Assembly (NCBI GenBank): GCA_016297915.1
Contig: JAEDFU010000003.1
Span: 8,843 to 72,842, forward strand
From: Clostridia bacterium
GTDB lineage: Bacteria; Bacillota; Clostridia; Christensenellales; UBA1242
Reading direction: 5' to 3'
Length of the DNA stretch: 64,000 nucleotides
The notes beneath the pieces are model-generated. The model was not told the origin of the DNA, made no database searches, and saw only the letters and a program-made list of their open reading frames with translations. The position numbers and the translations under genes are program-made. This document shows, one piece after another, positions 20,153-28,964 of the stretch; positions within the stretch are counted from its first letter, which is position 1, and the number at the start of each line of letters is the position of its first letter.

Positions 20153-20191
20153 AAAAAATCATACCATACTGATTTGGTGTGATTTTTTTTG
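20153..20191 (+). terminator. Terminator after the 4-TM protein gene
   Basis: ATCATACCA…TGGTGTGAT hairpin followed by T8. Confidence 0.6.
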
Positions 20192-20376
20192 TAACCTAAA
20201 CTTAGGAATTTTTCATATAATATATTCTGTTTGCACTAGTCTCGAAATCAACGACAATGTGGTTAACTTGGATGACTTGACTTTTGAAGTCGAGGCAGGA
20301 AAATATATATTATCGAGTATTCATTATATCCTGAATATGATAGACGATACTATGTAGTTTTTCAAATTAAAATTCA

Positions 20377-20410
20377 AATATTCTCCAATTAATTTGGGGA
20401 ATATTTTTTT
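20377..20410 (+). terminator. Orphan terminator-like hairpin in the intergenic region
   Basis: AATATTCTCCAA-ttaa-TTGGGGAATATT followed by T7. No intact upstream gene is present. Confidence 0.45.
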
Positions 20411-20591
20411 AATTTCTTTACAAAAAAGCATTATTAAGATATACTCTAGTATATTAATATCCAAAAAACAAAGTAAGCTAAAAATTTTTATTTTGCGTAT
20501 TAAAAATTTGTGTTAGGGATTTGACTTCAAAGTTAATTTACAATACAAACTAAAAAACATAACTGAATGTAAAAATCAGGAGAGATTTGAT

Positions 20592-22607
20592 ATGAAAGAC
20601 TTTGGCGACGAAAGACTCAAGAGAATGATTGAAAATAGACCCCATGCTCCTAAGCGAGCAATAATCACTGGCGGTATGCCATATGGCAACAAGGATTTGC
20701 ACTATGGACATGTGCTTGGCATGTTTTTGTATGCAGACTTTATGGCTAGATTTTTGCGTGACCGTATTGGTAAGGACAATGTAATATTTGTATCAGGTAC
20801 AGATTGTTACGGCTCGCCATCGCTTGAGACTTATCGAAAAAAATGTGAAGAAGGCTACACTGGAACTATCCAGGATATGGTTGGCGAGTTTCATGCTAGA
20901 CACAAGCAAGACCTCAAAAAATTTGATATCTCTCTTAACTTTTTTGGTGCAAGTGGTGTAGGTGATGCAGTGCCATTCCACAATGAGACAAGTGCCGAGT
21001 TTTTTGAGAAGTTATATCAATTTGGCTATCTCAAAAAGATGTCAACATTGCAGTTCTATGACGAAGAAAAAAATACATTCCTAAACGGCAGACAAGTTCT
21101 TGGCAAATGCCCATATGAGGGTTGCACTAGCGAAAAAGGTTACGCCGATGAGTGTGATTTGGGTCATCAATATATGCCTCAGGAACTAATAGACCCTATA
21201 AGCACTTTGAGTGGCAAAAAACCAGTACTCAGAGAGATTACTAATTGGTACTTTGATATGCCAAGATGTTTGCCAATTTTGACCGAATGGCTAGACAAAA
21301 TGGAAAAGACCGAACTTAGACCATTTGTTGTCAAAGAACTAAGAGAGTTTTTGAAAAAACCAGAAATCTACATCAAAAAAGACCAAATGGATAAGTTTGA
21401 GGATGTAAGATTTTTGCTCCCAACTTTTGAGATGAGAGAGGAAAAGAGCAAGGCAAGTTTTGTGCTTGTATTTAATAAACTCGAAGATAGAGAGTGTGCT
21501 TGCGAAATACTTAGTGACAATGGCATTAGATATCGAAACGGCAAGACTGTAACTCCATTTAGACTAAGTGGAAACATCGAATGGGGTGTTCCTGTTCCCG
21601 AAAAAGACGGACTCAAAGATTTGACATTTTATTGTTGGCCAGAGAGTCTTTGGGCACCAATAAGCTTTACTAAGACATATCTATCCAAACACCCAGAGCA
21701 AGGCAACTGGAAGGACTGGTGGTGCAGTGCAGATAGCAATATCTATCAAATATTGGGTGAGGACAATATGTACTTTTATGGCCCAGTTCAACACGCTATG
21801 TGGCTCTGCACACAAGGTGAACATCCGTCGTTAGATATTCCTCAGGGTGATTTGCAAATGTCGCACTTAATAGTAAATAAACACTCACTGTTTATGGGCA
21901 ACAAGGCAAGCAGTTCAGGAAATATCAAACCACCTAAGCCAGACGATTTACTCAAGTACTATACAGTAGAACAATTGAGAATGCATTTCTTGGGTTTAAG
22001 TATCGGAAATACATCATCTTCGTTCATGCCAAAAGCGTTTGACCCTGATGCCAAACCTGAGGATGTTGATCCAGTAACCAAGGACGGATTCTTGCTATCT
22101 AATGTGTATAATAGAGTACTAAGAACATTATTCTATACTTGGCAGTCAAGATTTGACGGAGTTGTTCCAGTAAGACCTATTAGTGAGGATATACTCAAAT
22201 CTGCAACAATGACAATCCTTAAGTACGAAAAACTAATGTTTGACAACAAGTTCCATATGGTTATGTACGAACTAGACAATTATATTAGAGGCATTAATAA
22301 GTATTGGGTAGCAAATATCAAGAGTTGTGAAAATGATGATGACAAGCTAGCTCAGCTTATAGCAGATACTTTGCATATGTGCAAGGTTGCAATGGTTTTG
22401 CTACATCCAGTAACTCCTACAAATATCGAAAAATTAAAAGCCGACCTCAAGCTTTCTGACGATGTCTTTGACTGGAATACAATCAATGAGCCAATTTATA
22501 ACTTTGTGGAAAACAAGGATTGTTACAAGCCTAAGTTCATTGAGCCAAAGTATGATTTCTTTGCTAGACACGAAAGCCAGTTTGAAACTGCAAACAAACA
22601 AGATTAA
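20592..22607 (+). CDS. metG: Methionine--tRNA ligase family protein with a divergent KMSKS loop
   Basis: HIGH-type HYGH motif, MetRS zinc-knuckle CPYEGC…, and an anticodon-domain W (NKYWVANIK). KASSS occupies the KMSKS position. Confidence 0.8.
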   Translation: MKDFGDERLKRMIENRPHAPKRAIITGGMPYGNKDLHYGHVLGMFLYADFMARFLRDRIGKDNVIFVSGTDCYGSPSLETYRKKCEEGYTGTIQDMVGEFHARHKQDLKKFDISLNFFGASGVGDAVPFHNETSAEFFEKLYQFGYLKKMSTLQFYDEEKNTFLNGRQVLGKCPYEGCTSEKGYADECDLGHQYMPQELIDPISTLSGKKPVLREITNWYFDMPRCLPILTEWLDKMEKTELRPFVVKELREFLKKPEIYIKKDQMDKFEDVRFLLPTFEMREEKSKASFVLVFNKLEDRECACEILSDNGIRYRNGKTVTPFRLSGNIEWGVPVPEKDGLKDLTFYCWPESLWAPISFTKTYLSKHPEQGNWKDWWCSADSNIYQILGEDNMYFYGPVQHAMWLCTQGEHPSLDIPQGDLQMSHLIVNKHSLFMGNKASSSGNIKPPKPDDLLKYYTVEQLRMHFLGLSIGNTSSSFMPKAFDPDAKPEDVDPVTKDGFLLSNVYNRVLRTLFYTWQSRFDGVVPVRPISEDILKSATMTILKYEKLMFDNKFHMVMYELDNYIRGINKYWVANIKSCENDDDKLAQLIADTLHMCKVAMVLLHPVTPTNIEKLKADLKLSDDVFDWNTINEPIYNFVENKDCYKPKFIEPKYDFFARHESQFETANKQD

Positions 22608-22629
22608 ACACAAGTCTATGTGTATGCAG

Positions 22630-22661
22630 AAAAACAAAGCAAAATATTGCTTTGTTTTTTA
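22630..22661 (+). terminator. Terminator after metG
   Basis: ACAAAGCA…TGCTTTGT hairpin followed by T5. Confidence 0.6.
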
Positions 22662-22744
22662 TGTAAAAAGCGACTAAAAATTAGTCGCTTTTTGTATTTT
22701 TGTACAAAACTCTTGTAAGCGTTGGCTTAAAAGTTTCTATTGCA

Positions 22745-23455
22745 TTAAATAACCATAATTACTGCAAGTAACACAATTTGGGCTGCATAGTAGAGTGCAT
22801 GATTGACAACAATCAATGGTTTGCTATCTAGTTTGCCTCCAAAGTACTGCATGGATAGTACAATGTCACTAAGTATAAATAGTAGCATTCCAACAAATGT
22901 TAGCCATAGTCCGCCATTTGCAATTGCAAGCACTAGAGTGAATACAGTCATAAATGTAAGAACAAATGAGTAGGCAATTGTTTGCCACAAAAAGTTGCCA
23001 AATTCAAGTTTCATTTTTTTGCTTACAAACATGATTGTAACTGTAAGAACTGCTCCGCATCCAAGGGATACAAGTATAGGCATAAGCAAATCGCAATTCA
23101 TATTGATAGCATGCATGCTAAATGCAGAGAAGTACGCAAGATGTCCAAGTCCAAAACTCAACATCCCAGCGTTTAGATAGTATTTGTCATTGCCTGGATA
23201 AACAACCTTAAGGTCAAGAAGTATATCTCCAATCATTCCAAGAAGTAGCCCTATTGTCACAAAGCTCATAACAGTTCTTGTAGAACTATCTACATATCTA
23301 AATCCTATAATCACAATTGCACTTGTCACAAAAGCAAATGATGCAAGAGTCTTGGTAAGAACTCCGCCAAGTCCTCCAAATTTGGCTCTAATTACAATAA
23401 ATAACATTGCCAAAAGTGCACAAACAACTAGCAAAATTATTTGATAAGTTTCCAT
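22745..23455 (-). CDS. YhhN-family (lysoplasmalogenase-like) membrane protein
   Basis: Protein of about 8 TM helices with the IGDILLDL and FILSDIVLS motifs typical of YhhN. Confidence 0.75.
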   Translation of the reverse strand: METYQIILLVVCALLAMLFIVIRAKFGGLGGVLTKTLASFAFVTSAIVIIGFRYVDSSTRTVMSFVTIGLLLGMIGDILLDLKVVYPGNDKYYLNAGMLSFGLGHLAYFSAFSMHAINMNCDLLMPILVSLGCGAVLTVTIMFVSKKMKLEFGNFLWQTIAYSFVLTFMTVFTLVLAIANGGLWLTFVGMLLFILSDIVLSMQYFGGKLDSKPLIVVNHALYYAAQIVLLAVIMVI

Positions 23456-23538
23456 ATAACCTCACATGAATTTAATATTTCAACTAAATTATATCACAAG
23501 AGGTTATTTAAGTCTAACAAATCTACAATCTTTAAGAC

Positions 23539-24333
23539 CTAAAATAATTTAAACCAAAAACTATTCAAAATAATGAATAACGCCAAAACAAATAAATAAA
23601 TACTAAAAACCTTGAGCGAATTTTGTCGAACAAAATTTGTCATAACTTTGATACTTGCAAGTCCTATTACAAAACATATTACAAAGGCTATTAGTACTCC
23701 CCAAATGTTTACGCTAGTAATTGTTGCACCGCCAATAATTTCAAGTAGCAAACTGCCAATTATAATTGGGATACTGATTAAAAAAGAATATTTTGTATTA
23801 ATATCTTTGACACCAAGCAATTTTGAAACAGCGATTGTTGTTCCACTACGGCTAATTCCTGGGATGCAGGCAACACCTTGAGATAATCCTATAACAAATG
23901 CTTGAGTGTATGTCATCGGAATATTTGTTATATCGCAAGGAGTGTAAGGTGCGATTTCTTTTTTGCTAAAGATATCGCTTATCCAAAGTAAAATTCCAGA
24001 TATTACAAAACAAAGAGAAAGATAACTGCCTCCAAAACTTGATTTGAGGATTGGATGCAACGCCAAAACCACAAGGCAGGTGGCAATTGTTGTAACTACA
24101 ATCTTAAGATTGGTCTTACAAAATGGATGACGGATAAGCTTGAATATTTCTTTTCGATAATACACAATAACAGCAAGTAGCGTTGCCATGTGCAAGAGAA
24201 TACTCAATAGGATTACATCGTTTTCGATGCCAAATATTTTGTACAGCAAAACCAAATGCCCCGAACTGCTCACCGGCAAAAATTCTGTGAGCCCTTGAAT
24301 TACTCCAAGCAAAATAAGTACAAAAAAACTCAT
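23539..24333 (-). CDS. uppP: Undecaprenyl-diphosphate phosphatase
   Basis: GLTEFLPVSSSGHL and PGISRSG motifs. Confidence 0.93.
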   Translation of the reverse strand: MSFFVLILLGVIQGLTEFLPVSSSGHLVLLYKIFGIENDVILLSILLHMATLLAVIVYYRKEIFKLIRHPFCKTNLKIVVTTIATCLVVLALHPILKSSFGGSYLSLCFVISGILLWISDIFSKKEIAPYTPCDITNIPMTYTQAFVIGLSQGVACIPGISRSGTTIAVSKLLGVKDINTKYSFLISIPIIIGSLLLEIIGGATITSVNIWGVLIAFVICFVIGLASIKVMTNFVRQNSLKVFSIYLFVLALFIILNSFWFKLF

Positions 24334-24551
24334 AACGCCTCCTACTAAACTTATTTATTGTATGACTCAAGATTTGGAATTATTAATAAAAAAATTAGCA
24401 TAGTGAGGCTTTTGTGCAAGTATTTTTGTCCATAACATAATTAAATAGTTGTTTTGGTGCTAAATTTGGGCAATTGTGTCAAAAACAGTTACAAAAAATA
24501 TCTTTTTGTGTTACAATATATCGCAATGAAAAATAAATCTAGGAGATAATT

Positions 24552-25646
24552 ATGAAAGTAGGAATAGTAGGACTCCCTAATGTAGGAAAAAGTACACTAT
24601 TTAATGCAATAACAAAAAAGAAAATTCCAAGCGAAAACTATCCATTTTGTACAATAGAGCCAAATGTGGCAATTGTTGGCGTTCCAGATAGTAGGCTTGA
24701 TGTTCTTGGCAAAATGTATAATACCAAAAAAATCACCCCAGCAATCTTGGAAGTTGTTGATATTGCTGGCCTTGTAAAGGGTGCATCCAAGGGTGAGGGG
24801 CTTGGCAACAAATTTTTGAGTCACATAAGAGAAGTTGATGCAATAATCCATGTTGTTAGATGTTTTGAAAACGCCAAGATAATCCATGTTGAGGGTAGTA
24901 TTGATCCAATTAGAGATGTCGAAGAGATTAATTTGGAATTAATCCTTGCCGACTTGGAGAGCGTAACCAAGAGACTCGAAAAGTCTCAAAAGTCCTTTCG
25001 TAATGGCGACAAAAAATTGCAAGCAGAGTGCGATTTATTAATTAAACTCAAAGACTTGTTGGAACACGAAAAACCTGTAAGAGCATACAATGCAAACGAT
25101 GATGAGAGAGAACTTATAAAAAGTTTCTTTTTGATAACAAGCAAACCACAAATTTATTGTGCAAATATTTCTGAGGTGGGCAATACAAACTCAAACGAGG
25201 CAGAGAATGTTGCAAAACTCAAAGCCCTTGCCGAAAAGGAAAATGCTGAGGTTATAGTTGTATCTGCCAAAATGGAAGAGGAACTATGTGAGCTCGATGA
25301 TGACGAAAAAGAACTATTCAAAGGTGAACTTGGAATTACAAGTTTTGGTCTTGACAAACTTGTTGTTGCTGGATACAAAGCACTTGGTCTTATTAGCTAT
25401 CTTACAGCAGGTGAACAAGAAGTTAGAGCGTGGACAATTACTAATGGAACGAAAGCTCCAGGTGCAGCAGGCAAAATCCACACCGACTTTGAAAAAGGCT
25501 TTATCAAAGCCGAAGTTATCCCTTACGAAGAACTTGTAGAACTTGGAAGCTATACTCTTGCCAAGGAAAAGGGGCTTGTAAGAATCGAGGGCAAAGATTA
25601 TGTTGTCAAAGACGGCGATGTAATGCTATTTAGATTTAATGTATAG
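24552..25646 (+). CDS. ychF: Redox-regulated ATPase YchF
   Basis: MKVGIVGLPNVGKSTLFNA P-loop and a C-terminal TGS-like domain. Confidence 0.95.
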   Translation: MKVGIVGLPNVGKSTLFNAITKKKIPSENYPFCTIEPNVAIVGVPDSRLDVLGKMYNTKKITPAILEVVDIAGLVKGASKGEGLGNKFLSHIREVDAIIHVVRCFENAKIIHVEGSIDPIRDVEEINLELILADLESVTKRLEKSQKSFRNGDKKLQAECDLLIKLKDLLEHEKPVRAYNANDDERELIKSFFLITSKPQIYCANISEVGNTNSNEAENVAKLKALAEKENAEVIVVSAKMEEELCELDDDEKELFKGELGITSFGLDKLVVAGYKALGLISYLTAGEQEVRAWTITNGTKAPGAAGKIHTDFEKGFIKAEVIPYEELVELGSYTLAKEKGLVRIEGKDYVVKDGDVMLFRFNV

Positions 25647-25654
25647 GATGCCAT

Positions 25655-26020
25655 ATGAAAGTTTGTAATCAAAATCCAGAGGATGATTTGAATGTTGTAG
25701 TCGTTAGAGACGGCAAAAAAGAGTATCAAAATGAGGACTGTATGACGGTGCTTACAACTGTTATCAAGTCAAATGGCGAAATCGGTTGTAGCTATTTTGG
25801 TGCACAGAGCGAAGACCTTTTGAAAGTTATTAACAAGGTTCAGCATAAGTATTTGCTCAAACTCAAAAAAGACTTTGTTCTTACAAAAAAGCAAAAGAAA
25901 ATGTGCGACGAAAAATATCAAAACAAGGATATCAAAGTCAAAAAGAGCAAATCCGCCAAAAAATCTACACAAAAAAATATCACATCAAAGCAAGCAAAAT
26001 TAGATAAAGAAAGTGAATAA
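25655..26020 (+). CDS. Hypothetical Lys-rich small protein
   Basis: ORF immediately after ychF on the same strand, followed by a terminator. No recognisable motif. Confidence 0.5.
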   Translation: MKVCNQNPEDDLNVVVVRDGKKEYQNEDCMTVLTTVIKSNGEIGCSYFGAQSEDLLKVINKVQHKYLLKLKKDFVLTKKQKKMCDEKYQNKDIKVKKSKSAKKSTQKNITSKQAKLDKESE

Positions 26021-26057
26021 AATCAACTACAAACATTTTCTTGAAATTAAGACGGAC

Positions 26058-26114
26058 AAAAAAAAGAAGTGAATCGCATTTGCATGATGCAAGTGGTTTT
26101 CACTTCTTTTTTTT
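26058..26114. terminator. Bidirectional terminator
   Basis: AAGAAGTGAA…TTCACTTCTT hairpin flanked by A- and T-tracts. Confidence 0.65.
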
Positions 26115-26118
26115 ATAT

Positions 26119-27135
26119 TTATTCTCTTGTTTCTTTGACTCTGATAATACGCTTTTTCCATAGCCAAGGTGTTTGGAACTGAAGTCCACACATGGCACAA
26201 ATCATCATAGGAATAATTGTCAACGCACACATTCCAAGAAGCACTGTTCCTGCTAGTGCGCAGATAAGTTCAACTGTTACCCAAACTCCAGTAACATCTT
26301 TGAGTACAAAGTAAGGCAAAATAAGTAGTGCTCCAAGAATTTCCATCATGTTGAGTTCCAATCCCTCATTTGCGTGAATTCTTGCAAATCTATTTTTGCG
26401 ATTGATAAGTAGTGGAATAAAGAATAGTAGATATCCAAGCCAAGCATAACTTTTGGCTTCCCTAATTTCCATTTTGTCAAGATTGACTTTGCGATCATTT
26501 GGTCTGCTATCTTTTGGAGGTTTGATTGCTGGGCCTAATTTTTCGGTGTTAATTTGAATAATCTGTTCACTAGCCTCTTTGAGTCCAGCCATTTGAGGAG
26601 TAAAGGTGCTATTGTCTTGAGGTTGCTCTTCTGTATTTTCAACCTGCTCGTTATTTTGCTCAGCATTTTGCTCGCCTTCAGCTTTGGACTCTTCCTCGGC
26701 AGGGATTGTACTTGGGTCTCTTGCTACAACACGCTCAAGAATTGTATCTTGTTGCAAAACCTCAGGAGCATAAGCCTCAGGTTTTTCTTCCTCTACAGTT
26801 TCTTGCTCTTGAGGCTTTTCCTCTTCCAAAGGAGCGGAATTAAAGTCTTGAGCTTGAATATATTCGCCCTCATAAACTGGTGTAAATACAGAGTTGTCTT
26901 CGGGAGTAAAAGTCTCAACCAAAGTAGAATCTTTGTATTGACCGCTGAGTGTTGCTTGTTTGATTTTTTCCTCATTAACTTTTTTGAGAGTATTAAGTTT
27001 TCCTATAACTTCGGGGTCTATAGTTAGCGAATATTTTGATTGCTCTATAGGCTTGCCTGTGACATTGTCAATAATTGTATAATTTCGTGTGTCAACTGGC
27101 AAATCTCGAAGTTCCATTGTTTCTTCTGCTTCCAT
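26119..27135 (-). CDS. Membrane protein with a DUF4870-like C-terminal TM domain and a long acidic N-terminal region
   Basis: YAWLGYLLFFIPLLINRKN.FARIHANEGL resembles the DUF4870 signature; the N-terminal ~220 aa are E/Q/P-rich. Confidence 0.7.
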   Translation of the reverse strand: MEAEETMELRDLPVDTRNYTIIDNVTGKPIEQSKYSLTIDPEVIGKLNTLKKVNEEKIKQATLSGQYKDSTLVETFTPEDNSVFTPVYEGEYIQAQDFNSAPLEEEKPQEQETVEEEKPEAYAPEVLQQDTILERVVARDPSTIPAEEESKAEGEQNAEQNNEQVENTEEQPQDNSTFTPQMAGLKEASEQIIQINTEKLGPAIKPPKDSRPNDRKVNLDKMEIREAKSYAWLGYLLFFIPLLINRKNRFARIHANEGLELNMMEILGALLILPYFVLKDVTGVWVTVELICALAGTVLLGMCALTIIPMMICAMCGLQFQTPWLWKKRIIRVKETRE

Positions 27136-27178
27136 TTTCTCACCTATTTTTTATTAACTTTTGTAATTTTTCCAAATC

Positions 27179-27865
27179 TTATTCTGTTGGGGTTCCCTCG
27201 GCAGGTGTTTCGTCTGCTGGAGTATCACTTGGAGTTTTCTCGCTTGACTTTGAGCCTCCAGTGAGTTTGTCAATAATAGAATTAACTTTTTCTTCTGTTA
27301 ATTGATTTTCAACAAAGTCGTCAACATATTTGTAAGCAAAACTTGTTATTTTAGTTTCTGCAATTTTGTTATTTATAGTAGTGCCAACACCTGGAACTTG
27401 TTTGAGTGCACTGCAAATTGCAAGTAGTATAAATACCCATGCAGCACCTTTGACAAGTCCAAATAACATTCCAAATACTCTGTTGATGCCACTAAGTGTA
27501 GGACTATTTTTGGTCACAGACTCAAATATCTTTGCAAGAATAAATATAGCAAGTTTGATAATCAAAAACATTACAATTACAGTAACAAGCCAAGTACAGA
27601 ATTTTGCAACATCCTCGTTTGTAGTTAGTCCAAATACATTTATTGTAGTGCCAGATGCATCAAGTTTTTCTAGTACAAATTGTTCGATATTGATAATTTT
27701 ATTTAGTGTTGGAGATACATATTTGGCAGTAAATACGGCCACCGAAAAGGATATACCAGTCCCAAGCAAGCTAAGCAAAGAATCAAAAAATCCTTTGACA
27801 ATACCTACTATTGTAGATATAAGCAAAATTAAAATCAATGCTCCATCAATGATGTAAGACCACAT
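27179..27865 (-). CDS. cvpA: CvpA-family membrane protein
   Basis: AAGGAG RBS before the ATG at 27865. The N-terminus DGALILILLISTIVGIVKGFF is typical of CvpA, with 4 TM helices. Confidence 0.8.
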   Translation of the reverse strand: MWSYIIDGALILILLISTIVGIVKGFFDSLLSLLGTGISFSVAVFTAKYVSPTLNKIINIEQFVLEKLDASGTTINVFGLTTNEDVAKFCTWLVTVIVMFLIIKLAIFILAKIFESVTKNSPTLSGINRVFGMLFGLVKGAAWVFILLAICSALKQVPGVGTTINNKIAETKITSFAYKYVDDFVENQLTEEKVNSIIDKLTGGSKSSEKTPSDTPADETPAEGTPTE

Positions 27866-28129
27866 AATTGTATACTCCTTAAAAGTGATTGTTTTTCCAT
27901 TAAACACATTTATATATATTAAATAATAGCATATATAATTTTTTTTGTCATTTAATGTAATTATATTTTTAAAAAAAATTTTTTGTCATTATAATACTAT
28001 TTTTTGACACAATATCCACTTTTGATAATTTTTTGATATACAATTTTTGATGATTTGCAGTCGTATTGGTTTTAAAAACTCTCATTATGTAAAATATATT
28101 TACTAAATGGAACTGTTTTGGAGGGGTTT

Positions 28130-28684
28130 ATGCAAGAATATAATATAAACAAAGTTGACCAAAAAAAATTTGTAATCTCGCTATTTGATATGCTTAGAGG
28201 CAACGAAATGCCTGTTTTTTTGTGCGTTGGAAGTGACAAATTTGTATCAGATAGTCTCGCTCCAATTGTATCTGAACTGCTCACCAAAAAATACAATATC
28301 CCAGCGTATGTTTATGGTGGACTAGATTACAATATCAATGCCACAAATCTAACTCAAGCAATTAACTATATTGAGACTATGCATCCACATAATCCCATAG
28401 TCCTAATTGATGCAACTCTGGGAGAGAGTGTAGGCAAGGTCTTGCTTTCCAAAGGTGGCTTTTGTGGGCTTGGCAAACTTTTGCCACTCAAAAAAATCGG
28501 CGACATAAGTATCCTTGGAGTGGTTGGCAAAAATCACAAAAATTTTGACCTAAATTCTACAAGGCTCTCCTTAGTTGTTAGTCAAGCAAGGTTTATATCT
28601 CAGGCGGTTGCGTTTGTTACTAAAACTCTTTTTGCCGAAAAAAACAAAAGACTTTGTGAGCTTGACAAAATTTCGTGTAATTGA
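28130..28684 (+). CDS. yyaC: Spore protease YyaC-like protein
   Basis: VFLCVGSDKFVSDSLAPIVSELL… resembles the YyaC/GPR-like family N-terminal signature; GGAGGGG RBS. Confidence 0.75.
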   Translation: MQEYNINKVDQKKFVISLFDMLRGNEMPVFLCVGSDKFVSDSLAPIVSELLTKKYNIPAYVYGGLDYNINATNLTQAINYIETMHPHNPIVLIDATLGESVGKVLLSKGGFCGLGKLLPLKKIGDISILGVVGKNHKNFDLNSTRLSLVVSQARFISQAVAFVTKTLFAEKNKRLCELDKISCN

Positions 28685-28964
28685 TTTGCACTAGAGTCAA
28701 CTGATACTTACAAATTTTGTCAAAATTCTAGTTGCACTGGCACAAAAGTAATGAAAAAAATTGTAGATTTAATACATCAAAATTTACTAAATTTGGCAAT
28801 TTGGCTTAAATTTGTTGTAAATACTTTTGGGTTATGGTATTATATATTTGCTAAATTTAAAATAAAATTGAATTGGCTTATAGTACGCAAATCTTTTTGA
28901 CTTATTTGCTTGAATTAAATTATTCAACCAAAGACAAAGTTGACAAAGATTATTGGAGGTCACA

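Noticed and set aside
20190-20357. Start-less open frame (…LEINDNVVNLDDLTFEVEAGKYILSSIHYILNMIDDTM*) followed by an orphan terminator, possibly a gene remnant
   Set aside because: There is no start codon or RBS, it is only about 55 codons, and I have no recognisable homology by eye. It cannot be supported as a pseudogene without database comparison.
20106-20591. Expected T-box leaders upstream of metG (and of trpS at 8385-8470)
   Set aside because: I could not find the conserved T-box sequence or a specifier/antiterminator arrangement. The trpS intergenic region is too short for one.
27930-28060. Recurrent TTTTTTGTCAT / TTTTTGA(C/T)A motifs between cvpA and yyaC, considered as phased bending tracts or repeated operators
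   Set aside because: The spacing is irregular (about 9-39 bp). The motifs overlap ordinary -35-like TTGACA elements with upstream T/A tracts, so promoter/UP-element composition explains them.
28751-28906. 51-codon hydrophobic ORF (MKKIVDLIHQNLLNLAIWLKFVV…) upstream of ftsH, considered as a small membrane peptide
   Set aside because: It has no Shine-Dalgarno sequence and lies in a very AT-rich region where such frames arise by chance. There is no supporting evidence.
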